NCBI GenBank assembly: GCA_003222055.1
Contig: QHUT01000054.1
Coordinates: 15,022-79,021 of the forward strand
Origin: Gemmatimonadota bacterium
Lineage (GTDB): Bacteria > Gemmatimonadota > Gemmatimonadetes > Gemmatimonadales > GWC2-71-9
Reading direction: 5' to 3'
Length of the DNA stretch: 64,000 nt
Shown here in pieces: positions 1 through 8,118 of the stretch (position 1 is the stretch's first letter; each line of letters starts with the position of its first letter). The notes beneath the pieces were generated by a model, which saw nothing but the letters and a program-made list of their open reading frames with translations, had not been told where the DNA came from and did no database searches. The position numbers and the translations under genes were made by a program.

Positions 1-158
1 TCGATGCGCACTCGCCACCCCTCCTCGCGGGCGGTGCCGAGCAGCAGCGCCACGGCATCGGGGGAGGCGGGCGCGACGCGCGGCACGCCGTCGGGCGTCG
101 CCGCGACCTCGACGGCTTCATCGCCCAGCAGGGCGCGGACGCGATCCAAGAGACTCAT
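1..158 (-). CDS. FAD-binding oxidoreductase, GlcE-like (N-terminal fragment; runs off the window)
   Basis: My own minus-strand translation from ATG 158..156 gives MSLLDRVRALLGDEAVEVAATPDGVPRVAPASPDAVALLLGTAREEGWRVRI. This resembles the N-terminus of a PCMH-type FAD-binding subunit. The ATG overlaps the TGA of the upstream glcD-like gene (ATGA). Confidence 0.45.
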   Translation of the reverse strand, partial: MSLLDRVRALLGDEAVEVAATPDGVPRVAPASPDAVALLLGTAREEGWRVRI

Positions 159-1657
159 CGAGCGGTTGCCTTCCGATCGATTGCGGATTGTGGATTGCGG
201 ATTGCGGATTGAGCCCCAGGGTTCGGCGCTCGCCCCATCCGCAATCCACTCCATTCCCGACACGCGTGCACCGGAACCACCTTCCCCGGGTTCACCCGCT
301 CCTCCGGGTCCCACACGTGGCGCACCGCGCGCATGGCGGCGAGCGAATCGCCGTCGAACAGGAGCGGCATGTAGCGGAGCTTGTCGAGCCCGATGCCGTG
401 CTCTCCCGTGATGGTCCCGCCGGCGGCGATGCACGTGGCCATGATTTCCGCGCTGGCCGCTTCCACCCGCTCGCGCAGGCCCGGCGTGCGGCCGTCGAAC
501 GAAATGTTGGGGTGCAGGTTGCCGTCGCCCGCGTGGAACACATTGCTGACCGTGAGCCCGTACTCGGCGGCGATCCGGGCGATCGTTTCCAGCACGTCGG
601 GGAGCGTGGAGCGGGGAACGACGGCGTCCTGGACCACCAGGTCGCGCGACAGCCGGCCCATGGCGCCGAAGGCTTTCTTGCGGCCGAGCCACAGCTTCTC
701 GCGCTGTTGCGCGTCCGCGGCCACGAGCACCGACCGCGCCCCGTGCGCGCGCAGCACGGCTTGGATCGTCTCGGCGTCCGCCGCGACCGCCGCCTCGTGC
801 GCGCCGTCGAGCTCGGCGAGCAGCACCGCCGCGGCATCGCGCGGGTAACCGGCCGCGTACACCGAGTCCTCCACTGCCTGGATGCACGACTGATCCATCA
901 TCTCGAGCGCGGCGGGCACGATCCCGCTGGCGATCACGGCGGACACGGCCTCACCGGCGGTACGCAATGAGGTGAAGTCGGCGAGCAAGGTGCGAACCGC
1001 CCGCGCGACGGGCAACAGCCGCACGGTGATGCGCGTCGCCACGCCGAAGTTGCCCTCCGAGCCGACGAACAGGCCGACCAGGTCGGGGCCCCACGGCTCG
1101 CCGCCGGGGCTGCCCAGCTCTACGACGCGTCCGTCCGCCAGCGCCACTTCCAGCGCGAGCACATGTGTCGCCGTCACCCCGTACTTGAGGCAGTGCGGGC
1201 CGCCCGCGTTTTCGGCCACGTTGCCGCCGATCGTACACGCGGTCTGACTCGAGGGATCGGGCGTATACTGCAGTCCGTGCGGTGCGGCGGCGACGGAGAG
1301 ACGGACGTTGACGACGCCGGGCTCGACCACGGCCAGCCTGTTGCGGGCGTCGATCTTGAGGATGCGGTTCAGCCGGGTCAGCACGATCAGCACCGCGTCG
1401 CCGTCGGCCAGCGCGCCCCCCGAGAGGCCGGTGCCCGCGCCACGTGGCACGAACGGCATGCCGAGCGCGCCGAGCAGCCGCACGACCGCGATCACCTCGT
1501 CCCGACTCCCCGGGAGCACGACCACGCCGGGCACGCGCCGGTGCGTGGGCAGCCCGTCCTTCGCGTACGTCACGCGCTCCGGCAGCGCCGTCCGCACGTG
1601 GCGCGGTCCGACGATCTCGGCGAGGGTGTCGACTAACGGCGCGAGGTCCCGTGCCAT
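155..1657 (-). CDS. glcD: FAD-linked oxidase, glycolate oxidase subunit GlcD / D-lactate dehydrogenase family
   Basis: Track ORF 155..1753. The likely start is ATG 1657 (MARDLAPLVDTLAEIVGPRHV). Motifs include VVLPGSRDEVIAVVRL, PRGAGTGLSGGA and C-terminal NPGKVVPVHACREWSG, which aligns with the E. coli GlcD tail. The last ~27 codons are encoded by repeat element A1. Confidence 0.85.
   Translation of the reverse strand: MARDLAPLVDTLAEIVGPRHVRTALPERVTYAKDGLPTHRRVPGVVVLPGSRDEVIAVVRLLGALGMPFVPRGAGTGLSGGALADGDAVLIVLTRLNRILKIDARNRLAVVEPGVVNVRLSVAAAPHGLQYTPDPSSQTACTIGGNVAENAGGPHCLKYGVTATHVLALEVALADGRVVELGSPGGEPWGPDLVGLFVGSEGNFGVATRITVRLLPVARAVRTLLADFTSLRTAGEAVSAVIASGIVPAALEMMDQSCIQAVEDSVYAAGYPRDAAAVLLAELDGAHEAAVAADAETIQAVLRAHGARSVLVAADAQQREKLWLGRKKAFGAMGRLSRDLVVQDAVVPRSTLPDVLETIARIAAEYGLTVSNVFHAGDGNLHPNISFDGRTPGLRERVEAASAEIMATCIAAGGTITGEHGIGLDKLRYMPLLFDGDSLAAMRAVRHVWDPEERVNPGKVVPVHACREWSGLRMGRAPNPGAQSAIRNPQSAIDRKATAR
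179..249. repeat. Heptamer-array palindromic element, family A (GCGGATT/AATCCGC), copy A1, one arm degenerate
   Basis: GATTGCGGATTGTGGATTGCGGATTGCGGATTG at 179..211, with partner CATCCGCAATCCAC at 236..249. It is translated as the GlcD-like C-terminus. Confidence 0.9.
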
Positions 1658-1674
1658 GGGTAAATAGTATACCG

Positions 1675-1790
1675 GCAGACGCCCAGACGCCGAGACGCCC
1701 AGCGGTGCGTAGCAGAGAGGGGCCAGGAATCCGTCTTCCTGGCCCCTTATCACGACATCCCGCTAGGCGTCTGAGCGTCTCGGCGTCTGC
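1675..1790. repeat. Composite palindrome: 30-nt arms of NNGCGTCT/AGACGCNN octamers around an inner 11-bp hairpin
   Basis: GCAGACGCCCAGACGCCGAGACGCCCAGCG (1675..1704) against CGCTAGGCGTCTGAGCGTCTCGGCGTCTGC (1761..1790), 26 of 30 complementary. The inner hairpin is GGGGCCAGGAA-TCCGTC-TTCCTGGCCCC at 1719..1746. Confidence 0.9.
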
Positions 1791-1791
1791 T

Positions 1792-2685
1792 CTATGCCGC
1801 TCTCCAGAACCCCCTGAGGGCCCGTCCGTCCGGCGACTCCCGCAGCTTCTCGAACGCGCGCTCTCGTATCTGTCTGATGCGCTCCCGCGTCACACCCATC
1901 AGCGCCCCGATCTTCTCGAGGGTCATGGCCTCGCTGCCCTCTTCGAGGCCGTAATAGAGATAGAGAATCTTGCGCTCGCGGGGCGTCAAGTACTTCTGGA
2001 AGATGCGGTCGATGAACTCGCGCATCAGCTTGCCGTCGGTCTTCTCCTCGATCTCGCCGCCTTCCTGGCCGGCGAAGCGCTCGCCCAGAGTAGCCGCGTC
2101 CTTGTCGCTCCGGTCCACCGGAGCGTCGAGCGACAGCTCCGCCGCCGTCATGCGACGCGCGGTGCGGACGTTCTCGACGGTGTCCTGGAGCGCCATCGCG
2201 ATCTCGTCGTCGGTCGGCTCGCGCCCGAGCTCCTGGGACAGATAGGTCTCGGTGCGGCTCATGCGGATCAGCTGCGAGTTCTGATTCAGCGGAATGCGCA
2301 CGCTGCGGGTCTGCTCGGCGAGTGCCTTCAACACCGCCTGCCGCACCCACCACACCGCATACGAGATGAACTTCACGCCTTGATCCGGATCGAATTTCTT
2401 GACCGCCTTGAGGAGCCCTTCGTTCCCGATCGCCACCAGCTCGGACAGGTCGAGACCGTGACCCTGATATTTCTTGACGTAGGAAATGACGAAGCGGAGG
2501 TTGGCGGTGACGAGCCGCTCGGCGGCTTTTTCATCGCCCCGCTGCACCCGTCGCGCGAGTCTGCGTTCTTCAGCGGGCTCTTTGATGAGGGGGAGCTTCT
2601 GAATGTCCTGCAGGTACTGGTCGAAGGCGCCGGAAGGATTGGCACGAAAAAACGCCTTGGCCTTGCCTCCGTTGGATCGCTCCAT
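1792..2685 (-). CDS. RNA polymerase sigma factor, sigma-70 family (RpoD/SigA-like short form, 297 aa)
   Basis: Region 2 is visible as RFVISYVKKY and FISYAVWWVRQAVLKAL. Region 4 is visible as LTPRERKILYLYYGL and MTLEKIGALMGVTRERIRQIRERAFEKLR. Confidence 0.9.
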   Translation of the reverse strand: MERSNGGKAKAFFRANPSGAFDQYLQDIQKLPLIKEPAEERRLARRVQRGDEKAAERLVTANLRFVISYVKKYQGHGLDLSELVAIGNEGLLKAVKKFDPDQGVKFISYAVWWVRQAVLKALAEQTRSVRIPLNQNSQLIRMSRTETYLSQELGREPTDDEIAMALQDTVENVRTARRMTAAELSLDAPVDRSDKDAATLGERFAGQEGGEIEEKTDGKLMREFIDRIFQKYLTPRERKILYLYYGLEEGSEAMTLEKIGALMGVTRERIRQIRERAFEKLRESPDGRALRGFWRAA

Positions 2686-2962
2686 GCTAGGGCTCCGACG
2701 GTGAAGACTTATGTTGAGCCAGTGGATAACTCTTTAAACGGCGCCCAATATAGGAGTTGCCCGCGAATGGTGCAAATCTACCCATTTTTCCACATCACAA
2801 ATTGTTAGAGCGTCGCACGACTGTCCCATTTGTCCACTATCCACATAGCATGTGGAAAAATACGTGTTGATGCCGCGTTGACGCTGGACCGTGCGCCATG
2901 TGGAGAGGTGGAGAGTAATGTGGGAAGTTGTTGACGCACTTGTAATTAGTCTCAACCCGCGA
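2686..2962 (-). promoter_or_regulatory. Low-GC upstream/leader region of the sigma factor gene with repeated CCACAT/ATGTGG motifs
   Basis: A 277-bp gap that is visibly less GC-rich than its flanks. It holds a perfect 12-nt inverted repeat ATTTTTCCACAT (2784..2795) / ATGTGGAAAAAT (2850..2861) and the palindrome CCACATAGCATGTGG (2841..2855). Further ATGTGG copies are at 2898 and 2918. Confidence 0.5.
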
Positions 2963-4066
2963 CTACCGCCCTGCCAGCACCTCGCGCACCACCCGCTCCG
3001 GTGCGGTCATCGTCCAGCTGCTGCCGTCGGCGTGCATGCGCCCCACCGCCTCCGGTAGCGCGAACCGCACCGTTCCGGCGCGTGCCTTCTTGTCGAGCTG
3101 CATCGTGGCGAGCAGGGCGTCCGCGGGCGCGCTCTTGGGGAGCTCGACCGGGAGACCGTAGCGCTCCAGCAGCTTGCGAATCCGATCGGCGGTTCCCGCT
3201 GCGGCGATCCCGAGCACCTCGGCGAGCCGCGCTTCGTACGCCATGCCGATCGCCACGGCCGCTCCGTGCAGCACGGCGAACTTGACGGTAGCCTCGACCG
3301 CGTGCGCCACGGTGTGACCGAAGTTGAGGATGGCGCGACGACCGGTCTCACGCTCGTCCGCGGCGACCACGCCCGCCTTGATTTCCACGGAGCGCCGCAC
3401 CAGCTGCTCGAGGGCGTCGGGTTGCCCGGTCGTCACGGCGTCGTGCTCGCGCTCCAGGAATGCGAAGTAGTCGGCGTCGGCGATCGCGGCGTGCTTGACC
3501 GCTTCGGCGACCCCCGCGGCGAGCTGCGGCGCCGGCAGGGTGCCGAGCAGGCCCAGGTCGGCCAGGACGAGCCGGGGTTGGTGAAAGGCACCCAGCAGGT
3601 TCTTGCCGGCGGGGACGTCGACACCCGTCTTGCCGCCGATCGACGAGTCGATCATCGCGAGCAGCGTCGTCGGTACCTGCACGTAGGGAACGCCCCGCAG
3701 GTAGGTGGCCGCGACGAACCCCGCCACGTCGCCCACGACGCCGCCGCCCAGCGCGATGACCCCGCAGTCGCGACCGAACTGACGCTGGAGCAGCCGATCC
3801 GAGAGGGACGCCCACGTTTCCCGCGTCTTGTTCGCTTCCCCTGCGGGAAACTCGAACAACTCCGCGTGCAACGTGGCGTCGTGGCATCGTGCCACGAGCT
3901 TCTTGCCGTACAGCGTCGCGACGTGCGAGTCGGTGATCACGGCGTAGCGGGCCGCGGGGCACGGGGCGTTCACCAAGGCGGGCAGATCCGCCAGCAGGCC
4001 GCGGCCGATCAGGATGTCGTACGAGGTGTTGCGCGGCTCTGCGATCGCGACGCGGATCGTCACCAC
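2963..4066 (-). CDS. aroB: 3-dehydroquinate synthase
   Basis: Contains GGGVVGDVAGFVAATYLRGVPYVQVPTTLLAMIDSSIGGKTGVD. The Arg-rich N-terminus of track ORF 2963..4213 overlaps the upstream gene and looks out of frame. The likely start is GTG 4066 or 4063 (GTGA overlap with the upstream stop). Confidence 0.85.
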   Translation of the reverse strand: MVTIRVAIAEPRNTSYDILIGRGLLADLPALVNAPCPAARYAVITDSHVATLYGKKLVARCHDATLHAELFEFPAGEANKTRETWASLSDRLLQRQFGRDCGVIALGGGVVGDVAGFVAATYLRGVPYVQVPTTLLAMIDSSIGGKTGVDVPAGKNLLGAFHQPRLVLADLGLLGTLPAPQLAAGVAEAVKHAAIADADYFAFLEREHDAVTTGQPDALEQLVRRSVEIKAGVVAADERETGRRAILNFGHTVAHAVEATVKFAVLHGAAVAIGMAYEARLAEVLGIAAAGTADRIRKLLERYGLPVELPKSAPADALLATMQLDKKARAGTVRFALPEAVGRMHADGSSWTMTAPERVVREVLAGR

Positions 4067-4611
4067 TTGACGTCGGGGCGCCCGGCGTGTGCGTTGGCGG
4101 CGCGCGCCAGGACGAACAGGAGATCCGACAGGCGGTTCAGATACCGCAGGATCGCGGGATTGATCTGCTCGTGGCGCGCCAGGGCGACGACGGCGCGCTC
4201 GGCCCGACGACACACCGTCCGCCCCAGGTGCAGGGCCGCGGCCTTGGGCGCTCCGCCCGGCAGGATGAAGTTCTTGAGCGGCTCGAGCCGCGATTCGTGA
4301 CCGTCAATGACATCCTCGAGCGCCGCGATGTCCGATTCGCCGATGGCCGCACCGCTCCGCGAGAGCGCTTTGTGCAGCTTGTCCGGATCGGGCGTCGCGA
4401 GCTCGGCCCCGACGGTGAACAGGTCGCGCTGGATAGTCTGGAGCAGCGAATCGGCGAACTCTGCGGGATCGAGTGTGCGTGCCAGCCCGAGCGCCGCGTT
4501 CAACTCATCCACCTCACCGTACGCCGCGACCCGGAGACTGTCTTTGGGCGTCCGCCCTCCACCAAACAGGCCCGTTTCCCCGCCGTCGCCGGTCTTGGTG
4601 TAGATCTTCAA
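4060..4611 (-). CDS. ATP:cob(I)alamin adenosyltransferase, PduO type
   Basis: MKIYTKTGDGGETGLFGGGRTPKDSLRVAAYGEVDELNAALG is a typical PduO/MMAB N-terminus. The start codon is TTG. Confidence 0.85.
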   Translation of the reverse strand: MKIYTKTGDGGETGLFGGGRTPKDSLRVAAYGEVDELNAALGLARTLDPAEFADSLLQTIQRDLFTVGAELATPDPDKLHKALSRSGAAIGESDIAALEDVIDGHESRLEPLKNFILPGGAPKAAALHLGRTVCRRAERAVVALARHEQINPAILRYLNRLSDLLFVLARAANAHAGRPDVKW

Positions 4612-4660
4612 CCGCGCCCCTCTCCCTTCTCTCCCGGGCTTCCGTTACGATTGAAAGCCC

Positions 4661-5683
4661 ATGCAGGACGTCAAAGATATCACGATAATCGGCGCCGGCC
4701 CGACGGGGTTGTTCGGCGCGTTTTACGCCGGCATGCGCGGGGCATCCTGCCGCCTCATCGACAACCTCGACCAGGTGGGCGGGCAGCTCACCGCGCTCTA
4801 TCCCGAGAAATACATCTTCGACGTGGCCGGCTTCCCGAAGGTCCTCGCCAAAGACCTCGTGAAGGGCATGGCCGAGCAGGCGCTGCAGTTCAAGCAGCCG
4901 GTCCATCTCGGCGAGAACGTGATGGGCCTGAAGCGCGACTCAGAGAACGGGAAGCCGGCCTTCACGGTGGTGACGGAGAAGGACGAGTACCCGTCGCGCA
5001 CGGTGCTGATCGCGGGGGGGATCGGCGCGTTCACCCCCCGCAAGCTGCCGCTCAAGGACGTGGACCGCTGGTACGGGAAAGGGCTGCACGATCGCGTCCT
5101 GGATCCGAAGGTGTTCAGCGGCAAGCGCGTCCTGCTGGTCGGGGGCGGTGATTCGGCGTTCGACTGGGCCGTGAACCTCCAGGGGATCGCGCGGTCCATC
5201 GTGATGATCCACCGCCGCGACGGCTTCCGCGCGCACGCCGCGACGGTACGTCAGGTGCAGGAGCTGTGCGCGGCGGGCAAAATGGAGCTCCGTACGTTCT
5301 GGGAGCTGAAGATGATCCACGGCGAGGACGTGATCGATGCCGTGACCATCTATAACAGCAAGACCAAGGTCGAGGAACGCCTGGCGGTCGACAGCGTGAT
5401 TCCGCAACTCGGCTTCATCTCCTCACTCGGCGCCATCGCGCAGTGGGGGCTCGACATCGAGAAGGGCGAGATCAAGGTCTCGCAGACCATGGCGACCAAC
5501 CTGCCGGGTGTGTTCGCGGCCGGGGACATCACCACCTATCCGGGCAAGCTCAAGCTGATTGCGACCGGCGCCGCCGAGGCGGCGATCGCCGTCAACCACG
5601 CGGTGCACTTCATCAATCCCGCGGTGAAGGTCGAGCCGGGGCACTCCTCGAACATGGCGCTGTTTGGGCAGACGGAAGACTGA
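4661..5683 (+). CDS. Ferredoxin-NADP+ reductase, thioredoxin-reductase-like type (YumC family)
   Basis: ITIIGAGPTGLFGAFYAGMRG...GGQLTALYPEKYIFDVAGFP and a second dinucleotide fold, VGGGDSAFDWA. Confidence 0.85.
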   Translation: MQDVKDITIIGAGPTGLFGAFYAGMRGASCRLIDNLDQVGGQLTALYPEKYIFDVAGFPKVLAKDLVKGMAEQALQFKQPVHLGENVMGLKRDSENGKPAFTVVTEKDEYPSRTVLIAGGIGAFTPRKLPLKDVDRWYGKGLHDRVLDPKVFSGKRVLLVGGGDSAFDWAVNLQGIARSIVMIHRRDGFRAHAATVRQVQELCAAGKMELRTFWELKMIHGEDVIDAVTIYNSKTKVEERLAVDSVIPQLGFISSLGAIAQWGLDIEKGEIKVSQTMATNLPGVFAAGDITTYPGKLKLIATGAAEAAIAVNHAVHFINPAVKVEPGHSSNMALFGQTED

Positions 5684-5721
5684 CGGTAGTGGCATGGTCC
5701 TCTACCGTCTTCTACCGCCCT
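5671..5721. terminator. Hairpin between convergent stops, arms made of two ~10-nt direct repeats (GACGGWAG / CTACCGYC)
   Basis: GACGGTAG (5682..5689) pairs with CTACCGTC (5702..5709). The outer units GACGGAAG (5671..5678) and CTACCGCC (5712..5719) pair 6 of 8. It sits exactly between the FNR TGA and the dacB TAG. There is no U-tract. Confidence 0.4.
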
Positions 5722-7235
5722 ATCTGTACCACCACCGAGTCAATCTGGTTGAGCATCTGCTGATACGGCACCGCGTGCCCGTTCGCCTGGACGCTGAACG
5801 TGACGGTCCGGCCGTTGGGCTGCTCGATGTAGCCCGACAGGCTGTTGACGCGGTCGATGCTGCCGGTCTTGGCGATCACGCGGCCTTCCAGGGGCGTGCC
5901 GACGAAGCGCTTGAGGAGCGAGCCCGGTTGTCCCGCGTGCGGCAGCGCGGCGACGAACGCCGCTCCCTTGGGATGGCGATGCATGTAGGCGAGGAGCTGC
6001 GCGAACGCGTGCGGGGTGACCAGGTTGCCGGCCGCCAGCCCCGACCCGTCCTCCAGTGCGAACGCGGTCGAGTCGATCTTCACCGAATCGATCAGGAAAC
6101 GGCGCTCCACGTCGAGCCCCGCCGCCCAGCTGCCCTCTCCCTTGATTTCGCGACCCAGCACCTTGAGCAGCATCTCCGCGAACCAGTTCTGGCTGGTGTT
6201 GAGGATCGGGAAGAGGACGTCGGGCAGCGGTCGCCCGCGGTATTCGACGAGCGGGGAGCCGCAGCAGCGGGCGGCCCGATAGGCGAGTGAATCCGTGGTG
6301 CTGATCGCGCCGCCCGCCACCGCGACGCCCTTGCGCCCGAGCGACGTCGCCAGGGCCCGCGCGGCGTAGAGATTCGGGTCCGGGACCGCGACGCTCTCCA
6401 CCCCGGGCTTCCTGCCGAGCGCGACCGTTCCCTCGGCCCGGATGCCCCACCCCCCGCCGCTGCGGAAGAAGTTGTCTCCGATGGTCGACGTCGAGTCCGC
6501 GGCTACGGTGCGGGCGCGGTTTTCGAACGTGATGAGCCCCAGGTCGGGCGACCAGGTGATCACGGGGGGCGCGTCCACGCCCGGCCCGGGCGCGATGTGG
6601 AAGTCCACGCTGTTGTCGTGGAACCCGAGGCCGGACACCGGCGCCGCGTACCACCACGTCAGGTCCCACGCATTCCAGCTGTAGTGAATCAGGGTCGGCT
6701 CGAAATACGATCCGTCGCCCACCAGTTTCCCCGTGATGCGCCGGATGCCGCGGCCGCGCACGGAGTCGGCGATGGCGTCGACGGCGGTGAACGCCGAATC
6801 ACACGCCCCGGGCGCGAGCGTGTCGACGGAGAAGCACCGCTCGGACCAGGTGGGATCGCCCCGCCCGTAGAAGATCAGGTCACCGTACAGCACGCCGCTG
6901 TCCACCCGCCCGTTCACGTACAGGCTGGTGGTCACGCGGTAATCCACCGGCAGCAGCACCGCCGCGGCCGCGGTGACCACGAGCTTCGTGTTGCTCGCCG
7001 GCACGGAGAAGTGATCGGCGTTGCGTCGATACAGGACGCGGCCGCGATCGTCGACGACGTAGAGCCCCCACGTGGCGCGGTCGAACGGCGGGGCGTCGAT
7101 CAGCTGCGCCAGCCGGTGCTCCAGAGAGCCGCGCAACGCCGCGGTGCGCGGTCGCGCGGCGGAGGGAGGCGCGGGGGACGACTGCGCCGCCAGGCCCGAG
7201 CTAATCGTAAGCGATGCGAGGATCAGCTTTCGCAT
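5712..7235 (-). CDS. dacB: D-alanyl-D-alanine carboxypeptidase/endopeptidase, PBP4 (peptidase S13)
   Basis: Signal peptide MRKLILASLTISSGLAAQ. SxxK motif in PASNTKLV. KTG motif in IAKTGSIDRVNSLSGY. Confidence 0.85.
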   Translation of the reverse strand: MRKLILASLTISSGLAAQSSPAPPSAARPRTAALRGSLEHRLAQLIDAPPFDRATWGLYVVDDRGRVLYRRNADHFSVPASNTKLVVTAAAAVLLPVDYRVTTSLYVNGRVDSGVLYGDLIFYGRGDPTWSERCFSVDTLAPGACDSAFTAVDAIADSVRGRGIRRITGKLVGDGSYFEPTLIHYSWNAWDLTWWYAAPVSGLGFHDNSVDFHIAPGPGVDAPPVITWSPDLGLITFENRARTVAADSTSTIGDNFFRSGGGWGIRAEGTVALGRKPGVESVAVPDPNLYAARALATSLGRKGVAVAGGAISTTDSLAYRAARCCGSPLVEYRGRPLPDVLFPILNTSQNWFAEMLLKVLGREIKGEGSWAAGLDVERRFLIDSVKIDSTAFALEDGSGLAAGNLVTPHAFAQLLAYMHRHPKGAAFVAALPHAGQPGSLLKRFVGTPLEGRVIAKTGSIDRVNSLSGYIEQPNGRTVTFSVQANGHAVPYQQMLNQIDSVVVQIGR

Positions 7236-8118
7236 AGAGGAGATCCGTCACCAGGTTGACCAGCACGAACACGATGGACATGAACAGAATACTTCCCTGG
7301 ATCGCGGGCAGGTCGCGCTTCTCGATCGCGGTCAGCACGTAGCGCCCCAGACCCGGCCAGCCGAAGATCGTCTCGGTGAGAATGCTGCCGGTCAAATAGC
7401 TCCCCGTGTCGAGACCCAACACGGTGATCACCGGGATCAGCGCGTTGCGGAGCCCGTGACGCAGCACCACGGCCGCCTCGCTCAGACCCTTCGCCCGCGC
7501 CGTGCGCACGAAATCGCTCGACAGCACGTCGAGCATGGCCGCGCGCGTGATGCGCGACAGGAATGCGATCGAGCGCATCCCGAGCGTGAGCGCCGGCAAG
7601 ACGAGATACGCGAGGCCGCCCGAGCCGGACGGGGGCAGCCAGTGGAGTCCCAGGGCGAACACGAGGATCAGGAGGAGCCCCACCCAGTACACGGGGAACG
7701 ACACTCCCACATACGACACCAGCATGGCGAGCCGGTCGACCGCGCCCCCCGGCTGCACCGCCGACACCGCTCCCAACGTGATGCCGCACAGCGCGGCGAG
7801 GAGCATCGCGGCCAAGGCGAGCTGGACCGTTTTGGGGAAGCGCTCCTCCAGGTCCCGGGTGATCGGTCGCTGCGTGATGTAGGAGCGCCCGAAGTCGCCG
7901 TGCAGCACGCCCCAGAGATAGTGCCCGAACTGAGCCGGGAGCGGATCGTCGAGGTGCAGCTCGGCCCGCAGCCGCGCGATCGTGGCCGAGTCGGCGCGCT
8001 CGCCCACCATCGCGGCGACGGGGTCGCCCGGTGCGACGTTCAGCAGCAGAAAGGCGACCACCAGCACCCCGAACAGCGTCGGCAGCGTCATGAGGAGGCG
8101 GCGCCCCACCAGTCGCAT
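7201..8118 (-). CDS. ABC peptide/nickel transporter permease (DppB/OppB-like)
   Basis: Only the C-terminal 305 aa of the spurious 1583-aa ORF 7201..11952 is real: MRLVGRRLLMTLPTLFGVLVVAFLLLNVAPGDPV...FVRTARAKGLSE. ATG 8118 overlaps the stop of the upstream binding-protein gene. Confidence 0.85.
   Translation of the reverse strand: MRLVGRRLLMTLPTLFGVLVVAFLLLNVAPGDPVAAMVGERADSATIARLRAELHLDDPLPAQFGHYLWGVLHGDFGRSYITQRPITRDLEERFPKTVQLALAAMLLAALCGITLGAVSAVQPGGAVDRLAMLVSYVGVSFPVYWVGLLLILVFALGLHWLPPSGSGGLAYLVLPALTLGMRSIAFLSRITRAAMLDVLSSDFVRTARAKGLSEAAVVLRHGLRNALIPVITVLGLDTGSYLTGSILTETIFGWPGLGRYVLTAIEKRDLPAIQGSILFMSIVFVLVNLVTDLLYAKADPRIAYD

Noticed and set aside
4612-4660. Purine-rich GGGAGAG-type repeats and a small hairpin (GGGCTT...AAGCCC) in the pduO/FNR divergent gap
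   Set aside because: The region is short and is plausibly just a Shine-Dalgarno region for the TTG-initiated pduO-type gene. It is not clearly a member of the palindromic element class.
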